Below are positions 19,036 through 28,281 of a DNA stretch of 51,974 bases, piece by piece. The position numbers were made by a program, and so were the translations under genes. Within the stretch, counting starts at the first letter, position 1, and each line of letters starts with the position of its first letter. Source of the stretch: a bacterium (lineage in GTDB: Bacteria; Patescibacteriota; Minisyncoccia; Phycocordibacterales; SBAW01); assembly GCA_005239955.1 (NCBI GenBank), contig SBAW01000024.1:1-51974 (forward strand), in the 5' to 3' direction. The notes below the pieces were generated by a model. The model was not told the DNA's origin, searched no databases, and worked only from the letters and a program-made list of their open reading frames with translations.

Positions 19036-19191
19036 CTACTTTAATTCGACCTTGCCACGTGTTTTCTATTCGCCGTCGCTCATAGAAACTCGCGGCCCCA
19101 CCTCACTTCTGAGCCCTACTGGGCTCAGCCTGCGGGCGTTCCGGTCGAAAAGTCCTCTAAAACAACTCCGTTATTTTAGCTCGACTTTTCC
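19036..19191 (-). repeat. Family B element with a duplicated rplL 3' end
   Basis: GKVELK* is encoded at both 19171-19191 and 19036-19056. An antisense segment lies at 19143-19166, and the core reads GAGGTGGGGCCGCG...CGTGGC. Confidence 0.85.
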
Positions 19192-19569
19192 ACCCGCAGC
19201 TTCAATCTTTTTCTTGATTTCTTCAGCCTCTTCTTTCTTTACCCCTTCCTTGAGGTTTGTCGGAGCGCTATCAACAAGATCCTTTGCTTCCTTAAGACCA
19301 AGGGCAAGTGCCTCTTTCACTACCTTAATAACTTGGATCTTCTGTGCTCCCCCATCCGCGAGGTGAATCGTAAAGGAGCTCTTTTCCTCAGCCGCTTCAG
19401 CCGCCGCTGCCGGTGCGGCAACCGCAACCGCCGCTGCCGAAACACCAAACTTCTTCTCAAGCGTCTTCACGAGTTCGTGAAGCTCGAGGACTGACATTTT
19501 CTCTACCTGGTCGATGAGTGCTTTGAATTTCTCTGGCACTTCAACCGTTACCTGTGCGTCATCTGCCAT
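19171..19569 (-). CDS. rplL: 50S ribosomal protein L7/L12
   Basis: [49 protein letters not shown]. Confidence 0.98.
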   Translation of the reverse strand: MADDAQVTVEVPEKFKALIDQVEKMSVLELHELVKTLEKKFGVSAAAVAVAAPAAAAEAAEEKSSFTIHLADGGAQKIQVIKVVKEALALGLKEAKDLVDSAPTNLKEGVKKEEAEEIKKKIEAAGGKVELK

Positions 19570-19590
19570 AACGTTATTGTTTGCTGTTAA

Positions 19591-20085
19591 TTAACTGCCG
19601 CGTTTCTCTCTCATCCGATCAAGCGCCACGACAAAACCCTTAAGCGGCGAATTGATGAGGTAGACAAACTGTGTAATAAGCGAGTCGCGAGACGGAATGG
19701 TTGCGACACTCATAATGGCGGGCTTATCCATGTAGCGTCCTTCAAAGACACCGCCAAGGAGCGAGAGCACGCCCTCCACCTTCTTACCGAAGGCAAAGAC
19801 TTCACGTGCAGGCGCCACCTGATCGCTGTCGCTCCACGCAAGAGCAAGTTCGCCCGGAAGCTCTGGCTGATTTCCTTCGTAGGACATTTCGCCAAGCGCT
19901 TTCTTAATGAGGGTCTTTTTTGCGACGAGGAACCGCACCCCATTCTCGCGAAGCTTACGGCGCAACGCCGTAATGTTCCCGATCGTGAGGCCATGGAAAT
20001 TCACAAACGCAACCGCCTGCGCACCCGAGAGCGCGCCGCGGACTTTGTCAAGAATCTCCACTTTCTTTTGTTTATTAACTGCCAT
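19591..20085 (-). CDS. rplJ: 50S ribosomal protein L10
   Basis: GLT...LRRKLR, VAKKTL, LLGGVFEG; directly upstream of rplL. Confidence 0.96.
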   Translation of the reverse strand: MAVNKQKKVEILDKVRGALSGAQAVAFVNFHGLTIGNITALRRKLRENGVRFLVAKKTLIKKALGEMSYEGNQPELPGELALAWSDSDQVAPAREVFAFGKKVEGVLSLLGGVFEGRYMDKPAIMSVATIPSRDSLITQFVYLINSPLKGFVVALDRMREKRGS

Positions 20086-20109
20086 TGTTTTTTCTCTGGA
20101 ATAAAAACA

Positions 20110-20182
20110 GCCAGAGTGCTAATCCCCTGGCATTAGAGTCGACCTTGCGTAGGGCTTATGGGGTGCCTACGGTCTTGAGGCC
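20110..20182 (-). promoter_or_regulatory. Probable L10 leader (autogenous control RNA)
   Basis: The minus strand reads AAGACCGTAGG...CCTACGCAAGG in the rplJ 5' UTR, matching the L10-leader pattern from memory. Confidence 0.65.
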
Positions 20183-20192
20183 AGGTACAAGC

Positions 20193-20254
20193 ATCTTAGC
20201 GGACAGAAAAATTTCGTCAATCATCATTGACTTTTCATGAAAAAATGGTACTAT
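20193..20254. promoter_or_regulatory. Back-to-back sigma70 promoters (rplJL on minus; small-ORF cluster on plus)
   Basis: Minus: TTGACG-N16-TAAGAT (20220-20193). Plus: TTGACT-N16-TACTAT with TG extension (20227-20254). Confidence 0.65.
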
Positions 20255-20289
20255 TGCTTGGTTGAGTTCACAATATCGGGGGTATAAAC

Positions 20290-20658
20290 ATGGACATCGG
20301 GTTGAGGAACGCAATCGCGGTCGATCTTGGAGGAGCGCTTCGAATCTGCCATCGACTGCGTGTCTTGCTATGGAAGGATTCGCAATTGGCGCTACGGCTG
20401 GTTTCTCTCGCCGATCGTGACGCTGAGTCGGACTCCACCCTTTTTGACGCGAGCGACCTGGAGACGCTGCGCGAATTGGACTTCTTTTATACGACAGCTA
20501 CCGGCGTGTTTCACCAGGACATCCGGGCGGTCGTTCACGCAATGAATGTCCGCCTCCAAGGGGAACTCGTCGTATTCGATTATCCGGTGAAGCCGGATAG
20601 CCCCTACTACAACGTGTTCGCGGAAATCTTCCGCACTCCACATACGTTGGTTGCCTAG
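20290..20658 (+). CDS. Hypothetical protein (122 aa)
   Basis: Promoter and G-rich RBS upstream, hairpin downstream; no recognised motif. Confidence 0.6.
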   Translation: MDIGLRNAIAVDLGGALRICHRLRVLLWKDSQLALRLVSLADRDAESDSTLFDASDLETLRELDFFYTTATGVFHQDIRAVVHAMNVRLQGELVVFDYPVKPDSPYYNVFAEIFRTPHTLVA

Positions 20659-20775
20659 CGGACCACGGCCGGCTATCCCCCAAAGGAGCCGGTCGTTCGC
20701 TTTTCCACACCCTAAGGAAGCATCATTTTTCTTATTTGAAATACTTATTGTAGGACTATCATAGCGAGGGGTGCC

Positions 20776-20970
20776 ATGAGTAGTGATGCAACTTCCCCCG
20801 CTGATATTCGGCTTAAAAAGGCCTGTGACGAGCTGCGACCTCAAGGCGACAAAGTAGTAGAGCGGTTCAAGGCGTGGGTCGGCGGCAATGATGCCGCGCC
20901 GATTGACGAGACTGAGCGTTCTCTATTCTTCGAAGCCGTCCGGACGTATCTCACTATCAGCGAATTTTAG
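20776..20970 (+). CDS. Small hypothetical protein (64 aa)
   Basis: GAGGGG RBS before ATG and a GC-rich hairpin after the stop. Confidence 0.55.
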   Translation: MSSDATSPADIRLKKACDELRPQGDKVVERFKAWVGGNDAAPIDETERSLFFEAVRTYLTISEF

Positions 20971-21085
20971 TCAATGGGGGCCGGCCTTGGAGGACCGGCC
21001 CTGAACGTTTTTAAAGAAGAGTTGCTTTTTCGTTCTCCAATTTGTTATACAGAATGTATCCGGTCTTTTAGTTAGGGAGGCGGCC

Positions 21086-21286
21086 ATGGCCACGCTAAAT
21101 CGGAGGCGTGCCAGCGGCCGCCTCGCCAGAGAAACCAACAAACGGGGTAGACGCGCCCGCGAGTTCGTGAGGCACGATTTCGGTCGCGCCGCACTCGGGC
21201 GGTTTGACGCTGGGAGACCGGCAGACCGTCTCGAGCAGATGTTTTTCGCCACGCTCCGGACGTTCATCGGCCACAAACGCCGATGA
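21086..21286 (+). CDS. Small Arg-rich hypothetical protein (66 aa)
   Basis: AGGGAGG RBS; followed by hairpin CAAAGGCCCGCG/CGCGGGCCTTTG. Confidence 0.5.
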   Translation: MATLNRRRASGRLARETNKRGRRAREFVRHDFGRAALGRFDAGRPADRLEQMFFATLRTFIGHKRR

Positions 21287-21325
21287 ACTCCAAAGCCAAA
21301 GGCCCGCGCACCGCGGGCCTTTGTA

Positions 21326-21673
21326 CTATCGCGACCTTGTAATCGTGAGCCCGGGGATGCCGTTTGGAAGCACTGACGGTTTTCGTATTGTCACGGACAC
21401 TTCAGTAACCTTGTTATCTTCTAACACTTTTGTAGCAATCTTTTCAGCAAGTGTTTCGATGAGGTAACAGGACTCGCCCTTAACTACCTCCTCGGTGATT
21501 TTCCGAAAGAGAAGATAATCAGCGGTATCAGAAAGAGCGTCGCTCTTTGCCGCCTGGCGCGTATCAAGTGTTGCGGTTATGGAGACCTCAAACTCTTGTT
21601 CGATGTTGCGTTCTTCGGGAAACACTCCATGAACGCCGGATATCTTGAATCCGTTGAAGAAAATTTTATCCAT
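21326..21673 (-). CDS. folB: Dihydroneopterin aldolase
   Basis: MDKI, HGV..EER..Q.F, SD.L.DT.DY, LIETLAE, V.IRKP. Confidence 0.95.
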   Translation of the reverse strand: MDKIFFNGFKISGVHGVFPEERNIEQEFEVSITATLDTRQAAKSDALSDTADYLLFRKITEEVVKGESCYLIETLAEKIATKVLEDNKVTEVSVTIRKPSVLPNGIPGLTITRSR

Positions 21674-21675
21674 GA

Positions 21676-21831
21676 TTACTCGACTGCTTTGATGGGAGCT
21701 GCAACCTCTTGATCAGCAGTTTGATACTCATTGGCAAGCCCGGCCGCCACAATGAGCGCGAAGGAAACGGCAAGAATGGTAACAAATCCGAAGAAGAATT
21801 TGAAGAATGTTTTGGTGAGTATCTTGCGCAT
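21676..21831 (-). CDS. Small single-pass membrane protein (51 aa; below the ORF-track cutoff)
   Basis: MRKILTKTFFKFFFGFVTILAVSFALIVAAGLANEYQTADQEVAAPIKAVE*; fills the gap between the TPR gene and folB with 2-nt spacers. Confidence 0.7.
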   Translation of the reverse strand: MRKILTKTFFKFFFGFVTILAVSFALIVAAGLANEYQTADQEVAAPIKAVE

Positions 21832-21833
21832 GA

Positions 21834-22553
21834 TTATTGTGGGGGTGCTTTGAGCTCGGCATCAATTTGACCAACAAGTCTGGTGTTTCCTAATGCAGCT
21901 GCGGCCGCACGCGCTTTGAGGAAGTATTCGCGCGCTTTGGCGTTATCCTTCGCGACATCGCGATAGTAGTTCGCAAACGGAATGAGGAGGTCTGTGTTGT
22001 TGGGGTTCGCGACAAGCCCCTCCTCGAGAGGCGCGATCATGGTTGAGGCATCGCTTTCGATGTTATAGCGATACAAGTAGTGAAGCTCGCGATAGGCGGC
22101 AATGAAGTCGGGTTTCAGCGCAACAACCTTACGCCAGTACGTTACAGAATCATCGTATTGTTTGAGCTCATACCGGTACATATCGGCAAGATTGCCATAA
22201 GCTGTTACTTCCTCTGGCCACTTTTCTATCACATAGAGGTAAATTTCTTCCGCGAACTCGTAATCGTACACGCCTTTATATTGGGCCGCGAGCTCAAGCC
22301 AGCGACTCATAAGCTCGGGGTTATCCCGGAGTTCCGTCTTTGCTTGTGCTACTTTTGCCGCCGACTCCTCTTGAACGGACTCCGGAAGGTCCGCGCGCGG
22401 CGTGTATGGATAATCAAGGTCAGGCGTCGTTTCGCGCAACAGCAGGTACCATGCCGCACCCGCTACGGCGAGAATAAGAACCGCGGCAATAAGATAACTG
22501 GTAAGGCTTTTTCGGGGAGCTTCAGGAGCTCCGGTTGGTTCTATGTCATTCAT
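21834..22553 (-). CDS. Membrane-anchored TPR-repeat protein
   Basis: N-terminal TM helix, then helical repeats (AYGNLADMY, ALKPDFIAAY). Start at MNDIEP. Confidence 0.8.
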   Translation of the reverse strand: MNDIEPTGAPEAPRKSLTSYLIAAVLILAVAGAAWYLLLRETTPDLDYPYTPRADLPESVQEESAAKVAQAKTELRDNPELMSRWLELAAQYKGVYDYEFAEEIYLYVIEKWPEEVTAYGNLADMYRYELKQYDDSVTYWRKVVALKPDFIAAYRELHYLYRYNIESDASTMIAPLEEGLVANPNNTDLLIPFANYYRDVAKDNAKAREYFLKARAAAAALGNTRLVGQIDAELKAPPQ

Positions 22554-22699
22554 GGGAGCTATTTTACACCGACCTTTCACTTCAATCTAGCGAACGCTAA
22601 GTAGTTTGAGTTTTATGAAAATCGATATCAAATCCATATAACCGTCGCTCGTTCGGGAATGAAAGACTAGCCTTTCATTCCCCTCACTCTGCTAGGTTA

Positions 22700-22770
22700 T
22701 GAAATGCGCGGAGAGGCGCGGAGTGGATGAGGGCCGCAACCTGCCTGCGCAGGCAGGCAAAGCAGCCAGC
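22700..22770 (+). repeat. Degenerate family A repeat containing an inserted 18-bp palindrome
   Basis: ATGCGCGG..AGGCG.GGAGTG...GCAAC[CTGCCTGCGCAGGCAGGC]AAAGCAG, compared with GCAACAAAGCAG in copy 1. Confidence 0.55.
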
Positions 22771-22789
22771 GTTTTCTGCGAGCGAAAAA

Positions 22790-22821
22790 CAGAAAACCGC
22801 CCCTTGCGGGGCGGTTTTCTG
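22790..22821. terminator. Intrinsic terminator of the surface-protein gene
   Basis: CAGAAAACCGCCCC-TTGC-GGGGCGGTTTTCTG. Confidence 0.75.
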
Positions 22822-22870
22822 CATTCTGACGACTACTACAAGACGTAGCCAGTCGGTTGCCAGACGAAGG

Positions 22871-25800
22871 TTAGTTCGTCGAGGTGAGGGAGACCGAACC
22901 CATGCTTGAGCTCGGGAGACCCTGAACCTGGTAACCGTTGGTGAAGTCGAGATCGTAGATCGTGTTCGCCGTTGTCGTTGAGATCGGCGACCAGATGAAG
23001 TCGTCGTTCGTGTCAGCGTCAACACCAGCGGGGATACCTCCCGTCGTCGCCGTCATGTTCATGAGCGTCGAAGCGTTTACCGGGAAGGCTGCATCGCCGA
23101 GGAGATCAACAGTGACCGTCTCAGAACCCGAGGCCGTCTCCGTGCGGTTCACGGTTGCCTGGAGTTCGAAGTAGCGCGTTGAGCCCTTCGGAATGATGTA
23201 GGTCGTCGTTGCCGACGCCTTATCCATGTACACCTCAATCACGACTGGGCGAAGCGCATCTGCCAGAGCGTCTGCGTTCACACCCAAACCGTTGATGTAG
23301 TTGTTGGCGTTGAGAAGACCCGTTGACGAGAACGTCGTGTCAGCCTGGCTGAAACCAGAGTCCGTGTAGGCGTAGAGGCCGTACGCAGACGTGGTTGCAG
23401 AACAGATCGAACAGGTCGTTGACGGGATATCGAAGGTCACTTTGAAGAGTGAGACATCGTTATCCACGGCCGTTACCTTGAAGCGGTAGAGCTTCTTGTT
23501 CGAGCCGTCAGTGAGAAGCGTCGACGAGAGATCCAACTTCGCGAGGACTGGGTAGCCCCTCATGATGCGGACTCCGGACGATGCGCTGTCGCTGGCTGCT
23601 GGCGTGACGTTGCTGCCTGAGGAAACACCGACACCGTAGTTACCGTTCGTGCCCTCGTTGTCACCGTCGTAGTCAACGACCAGAAGGTCGCCGGAGGCGG
23701 TGAGAGGACCAGAAGCGGTAATGGCGGCGATATCACCCTTGATGACGAGGACTTTCGAACCATTCTTGAGGACCCGGAAGGCGCCAGAAGCGATGGCCGA
23801 AGAAGTCGCGTTGTCACCGGTTGGGAAGACTGCGGTACCAATCAAGGTTCCTGCCTCGTCGTAGAGCTTCACTTCGCGGTTGACGAGGTCAACCGGCGTG
23901 TTTGAAGCAACGCTCGAAAGCTGGAGAGCAACTTGACGGATATCAATGTCTTCGTTGGTTGCCGAGTACTTGATGCGCGCGAGTTCAACCCCCGTCGTGC
24001 CAGAAGATACGATCTTGTAGCCTGGGCTGTTTGCATCAAGCGCTGGGGTGAGAGATCCACCAGAAGCTGCGGTCATGATCTGACCGGAACCGTCGGTGAA
24101 GGTCTCTGCAATGGTGGTACCGCTCGTGAGGCCCGAGACTCCCGTGAAGGAGCTGTTCTGGCCTGCGTCGATACCCCACCAGTAGGTACCCGTTGCACCG
24201 GAGCGAAGATCACACTTCATTGAGAAGGTCTTCGAGGTGCCCTTCGGGATCGTCACACCCGCACCACTGAAGGTGAGCGTCGTTGAGGACGCCGTGTCAG
24301 AGGTTGATGGGTTGAGCGTGTTGCTGTCGTTGAGGACCGTGGTGCCATCGTACATCTTGCAGTTCGTGAGGTCCGTGCGCGTACCGCTCGTGTCGTAGTA
24401 GAGCGGAACCGACGTGATGCGGACATCCTCACCGGAGCTCGTAGCGTCGAAGATGTAGCGAGCGAACTCAAACTGCGATGAACCGGCAATAACGGTCTGT
24501 GCGATCGGCACCGAGGAGACTGACACCGTGAGGGCGCCAGCTTTGACCGTCATCGTCGGACCGGTAAGGACCGAAGATGGCGTTGGTGTGATCGTGTTGC
24601 CTGTTACCTGGCCGGTAACGGAGGTCCAGCCTGAACCCGGCGTCGTCGACGCGGCGATTGTGTCGTTCGTGTCGAAGTCGCTGGAGAGTTTGGCCTTGAG
24701 CGTCACATTCGTGACACCAACCGGGAAGGTAACCGTGTCGGTGAAGGTCAGCGTGCCGTTAACGGCGTCAACGCCACCGTCGCCTGCGTCTTTTGGACCG
24801 GCGAGAACGGTACCATTTTGGTCAACCAAGGAGACGTTCGTCACGTCTGCGTAGGTGACTGCGGAGCCTGAAGATTCTACGTGGTAGAGGTTGAACACCA
24901 TGGAGGCGACCGAAATCGGCTCGCCTTTGACGTCAACCGCAAACCCCGCGATTGTCTGGTTGTTCTGATTTGACGAGATGTTCTGGGCGGAGACACCGGT
25001 CCAGACGGAAACCGTCATGGAACCAGTCGAAACCGTGACCTGGAACGCATCGTAGTAGTAGTCGTCAGCGTTGTTGACTGCGCCGCTATCGGCAGACGCC
25101 GCAGAGCTCGCGAGCCCGGCCGTAATGCCGTAGCCGAAGGTTTCGCCGACCATGTAGATGTCGGTTCGCTTCGCGATGTCGAAGTCTACCGTGCGACCTG
25201 AGCCAGAAACGATGTCGCCCTTGATCGTGATGTCCTTGCTGGCGCCCTTATCAATGAGGATACCGTTACCGGGGAAGACTGTTGTGTAGTACTTGCCATC
25301 TGCCGAGACAACCGTGTCGTACGACGTGCCATCAACCGTCGTCTTGACGTTTTTGATGTCGTTGTTGGCAGAGGCGGAGCCTGTCTGGTTCCAGCGGATC
25401 GACTTGAGAAGAATCTTCTCAGCCGAGCCGGCCGTGAGCTTGATTGACGAGAAGTTGTAGTTCAGCGTACCAACTTCCTTGGTTTGTGATGCACCAGGAT
25501 CAAGCGCGCCGCGCGCAGCCGTTACCGAGCCAAGCGTGAGCGTTGTGTTGATCGTGTGGTTCGCACCGACGATCGGAAGTGACCCAACGACTGACGCCGA
25601 GGCATTGACCGCGACAACAGACATGGACATGACCGCACCAGCTTCATCGCCCGATGACGAGCGATTGACCGCGATCGTAAAGGTTTTCGATGTACCCTTT
25701 GCAATCGTGACTGGCTCACCGACCGTAGTCTGGTGATTGCTATTAAGCGTGCGAGTCACGCCGATCTGAGTACCGTTCTCATCGAGAAGCATGACGCCTG

Positions 25801-26419
25801 AGACGTTGCCGTCTGAAGCGAGGCCGGTGCGCTCGGCGACGACGCTGTTGAGCGTCACATCGCCGTCAGCACCTGCGGTAACCGTGAAGCGAGTGAACGG
25901 AACGCGTGTCGCACCGCGAGGCGCGATCGAGTTCGCCGGCTGGCTAGCCGCTGTGACCGTGAGGCTCGTGCCTGCCGACGGAGTCGGAGTCGGGCCCGGA
26001 GTCGGGGTCGGAGACGCCGTCGAGCAGAGGCTGTTTGCCTTTGCGCGGGACGATGCGAAGAAGTTACCGGTACCAAGTGAAAGGCCAACCGGTGTCAGGA
26101 TGTCTGCAGTGTATTTCTGCTGGAATTTGATGACGGCTGCTTTGGTGAGACCACCGAAGTAGCTCGTCTCGCCTCCCGGAGAACCGGCGCCGGAGGCAGC
26201 AACCTGCGTATCCGACATCGTGTTGAGGAACTGCTGGAGCGCTTTGACATCAGCACCCGTTGAACCCTGTCGGAGATTTACCGAGAAGGTGTAGGGGCAC
26301 GGAGATGCCGCTTCCGCCGTCGTGGTGAAAACACCACCGACAAGCGTGAGCGCAACAGCAACACCCACTGCGACCGCCGCGAACTTGAAGGCGGACGTGT
26401 GTGTAATGCTAAGACTCAT
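22871..26419 (-). CDS. Large secreted surface (S-layer-like) protein with N-terminal peptidoglycan-binding domain
   Basis: Signal/TM segment; PG_binding_1-like L.QGS.G.DVKALQQFLN...YFG.LTKAAVIKFQ; Pro/Thr linker; about 1000 aa of Ser/Thr/Gly-rich beta repeats. Confidence 0.8.
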   Translation of the reverse strand: MSLSITHTSAFKFAAVAVGVAVALTLVGGVFTTTAEAASPCPYTFSVNLRQGSTGADVKALQQFLNTMSDTQVAASGAGSPGGETSYFGGLTKAAVIKFQQKYTADILTPVGLSLGTGNFFASSRAKANSLCSTASPTPTPGPTPTPSAGTSLTVTAASQPANSIAPRGATRVPFTRFTVTAGADGDVTLNSVVAERTGLASDGNVSGVMLLDENGTQIGVTRTLNSNHQTTVGEPVTIAKGTSKTFTIAVNRSSSGDEAGAVMSMSVVAVNASASVVGSLPIVGANHTINTTLTLGSVTAARGALDPGASQTKEVGTLNYNFSSIKLTAGSAEKILLKSIRWNQTGSASANNDIKNVKTTVDGTSYDTVVSADGKYYTTVFPGNGILIDKGASKDITIKGDIVSGSGRTVDFDIAKRTDIYMVGETFGYGITAGLASSAASADSGAVNNADDYYYDAFQVTVSTGSMTVSVWTGVSAQNISSNQNNQTIAGFAVDVKGEPISVASMVFNLYHVESSGSAVTYADVTNVSLVDQNGTVLAGPKDAGDGGVDAVNGTLTFTDTVTFPVGVTNVTLKAKLSSDFDTNDTIAASTTPGSGWTSVTGQVTGNTITPTPSSVLTGPTMTVKAGALTVSVSSVPIAQTVIAGSSQFEFARYIFDATSSGEDVRITSVPLYYDTSGTRTDLTNCKMYDGTTVLNDSNTLNPSTSDTASSTTLTFSGAGVTIPKGTSKTFSMKCDLRSGATGTYWWGIDAGQNSSFTGVSGLTSGTTIAETFTDGSGQIMTAASGGSLTPALDANSPGYKIVSSGTTGVELARIKYSATNEDIDIRQVALQLSSVASNTPVDLVNREVKLYDEAGTLIGTAVFPTGDNATSSAIASGAFRVLKNGSKVLVIKGDIAAITASGPLTASGDLLVVDYDGDNEGTNGNYGVGVSSGSNVTPAASDSASSGVRIMRGYPVLAKLDLSSTLLTDGSNKKLYRFKVTAVDNDVSLFKVTFDIPSTTCSICSATTSAYGLYAYTDSGFSQADTTFSSTGLLNANNYINGLGVNADALADALRPVVIEVYMDKASATTTYIIPKGSTRYFELQATVNRTETASGSETVTVDLLGDAAFPVNASTLMNMTATTGGIPAGVDADTNDDFIWSPISTTTANTIYDLDFTNGYQVQGLPSSSMGSVSLTSTN

Positions 26420-27228
26420 AATTGAGTATATGTGTAAGTTCTAATGCTAATGACTGATTCCGACAGATACCTGTCGGATGTAATGAACACGGGATTCTCG
26501 TTTGTTTCGACCATACGAGACTCGACGTGCTGTTTTTGGCTGATACAGAACGCGGGTTAGGCGCCTCAGCTTTTCTCCACCCTCCCACGCCACTCTTGTT
26601 ATCGACACGAGAAACGTGGGGCGAGTTTGCGTAAGTAATGACGGGAGTTTGACGTTACGGTTACATGAATCGGGACAGTGCTTCATTCCTCCCATGAGAG
26701 TTTCTGTTGACTGATATTCGCTATTGCCTAAACGAGCGAGGGTAATGAAAACTTGTTTTCATACCCCTGCGAGTAACGGCAATATGGAATTTCTTTTCCA
26801 TATTCAATTGTCAACGAGCGTTTCCGCCCTCCGCTTACGGAGTCCGGCTGCCCGCTTTTCACCCCCTAAAGGTTTGATGAAACGTTTCTGCTTCACCCCC
26901 TGTTTACGTATGTGATGAAGAGCAAGCGGGACACGACGCACGACAAACTGCCGCGCCGTGGGCTCCCGCCATTATACGAGGCAAAGACGGGCTCCAAAGG
27001 CGACCGTGTGGATAAGGTTTTTTATGCCTGAGGCATAAGAGACCTTTGTGCTATCGCTTGTTGGGGAAATGAAAGCCTGCTTTCATTTCCCCCGCACAGC
27101 TCAGACAATAACAAACAGGCAGGAAAGGCCTTGGGGAGGCCCTTTTGCATGTTCCACACGTATCGGCACAGTACGAAAAAAGGGGCCAATCGTCAATTTT
27201 TTGGCCATATATATTGGTTTTGTCTAGA

Positions 27229-28110
27229 TTAGGCTGTTTTGGCGAGGCTATATTGGCTCCAGCGACGCTCACCTTCCCTTTTGAGAGTCCCCCGAGAGAC
27301 AAGGTCCGCAAGGAGCCTCTGGATCGTCTTTTCACTACACCCAGGGATGCCGTGAGCTATTTCCTTAATTCCGAGAGGCCCCTTCTCCCCAACAATCTTC
27401 AAAATGGTTACTTCTCGATTTTTCTTTTCAGAATGTCCTTTTTCCGGGAACTCAGAGGGATGCTTTTCAAGGACACTTTTGGGGGTTTTATAGGACACCT
27501 GTTCGGGATTTGTATGGAGCCTCCCTCTGATGACAGGAGCCTCACTTCTTGAGGGGGATTGTGGGTTACGTACTCCGGTGCTTGAAATATAGAAATTCGA
27601 ATGGCTCGAAGAAGAAGTGCCCGGTATAGGTTCCATTCGGACCGAAAGGAGTTCGGGGGAAAGAATCTCCTCAGATGCTTCTCCTCCGGTAACTAACAGA
27701 AGATTTCGAAGCAGGTTCTCATACTCTTTTTCAAGGAGCGTAAAATTCATCCGGGAGGCACCTGGATTTGTCAAGGCAATACGACATAAAGAGCTTATTT
27801 CTTGGACTATTGCCAAAGCGTCCTGCCGTCGCTCATCCACCCCCATCCTCGAACGGAGGGCAAGTACAAAATCAAGAATGAGGGAGAGCGCAGAAAGCGA
27901 AGAATGACGAAGGTTCTGTTTGAGTGGATTTGATTCAGGAACAAGCTCGGTAACAAGAAAGACTGCACTCGCGAGCTTTTCTGCCTTTGCGTAAACAAAA
28001 TAAAGCTTCCGGGAACTAGAGAAAAGACTGGCCTCCAGTGATTTATAAAGGACAAGATCCTTATCGGACTTTTGTTCATTCTTGGCGCTGCTTGTGTCCT
28101 TTATATCCAT
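27229..28110 (-). CDS. Putative DNA-binding protein: N-terminal helical bundle, low-complexity linker, C-terminal winged HTH
   Basis: KAEKLASAVFLVT N-domain; C-terminal IKEIA...SEKTIQRLLADLV..G.L.REGERRWS.Y resembling a DeoR-type wHTH. Confidence 0.7.
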   Translation of the reverse strand: MDIKDTSSAKNEQKSDKDLVLYKSLEASLFSSSRKLYFVYAKAEKLASAVFLVTELVPESNPLKQNLRHSSLSALSLILDFVLALRSRMGVDERRQDALAIVQEISSLCRIALTNPGASRMNFTLLEKEYENLLRNLLLVTGGEASEEILSPELLSVRMEPIPGTSSSSHSNFYISSTGVRNPQSPSRSEAPVIRGRLHTNPEQVSYKTPKSVLEKHPSEFPEKGHSEKKNREVTILKIVGEKGPLGIKEIAHGIPGCSEKTIQRLLADLVSRGTLKREGERRWSQYSLAKTA

Positions 28111-28281
28111 TTTGTCCTTTATAAGTCCTTGAGAAATTCAAGGACGTTTTGTCGGACAATTATATAAGGGACATTGCGCTCCGCAATACATTTCCTCATT
28201 AGGGAACAGCAAAAAACGAAGCGCAATACAGGCCTCGTTTCTGCCTCGTGACCTGCCGGCCCATGATAGTATTCCCTTGAC

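Noticed and set aside
25970-26020. Short tandem repeats GGAGTCGG in the surface-protein gene
   Set aside because: Explained by the Pro-Thr linker (PTPTPGPTPTP).
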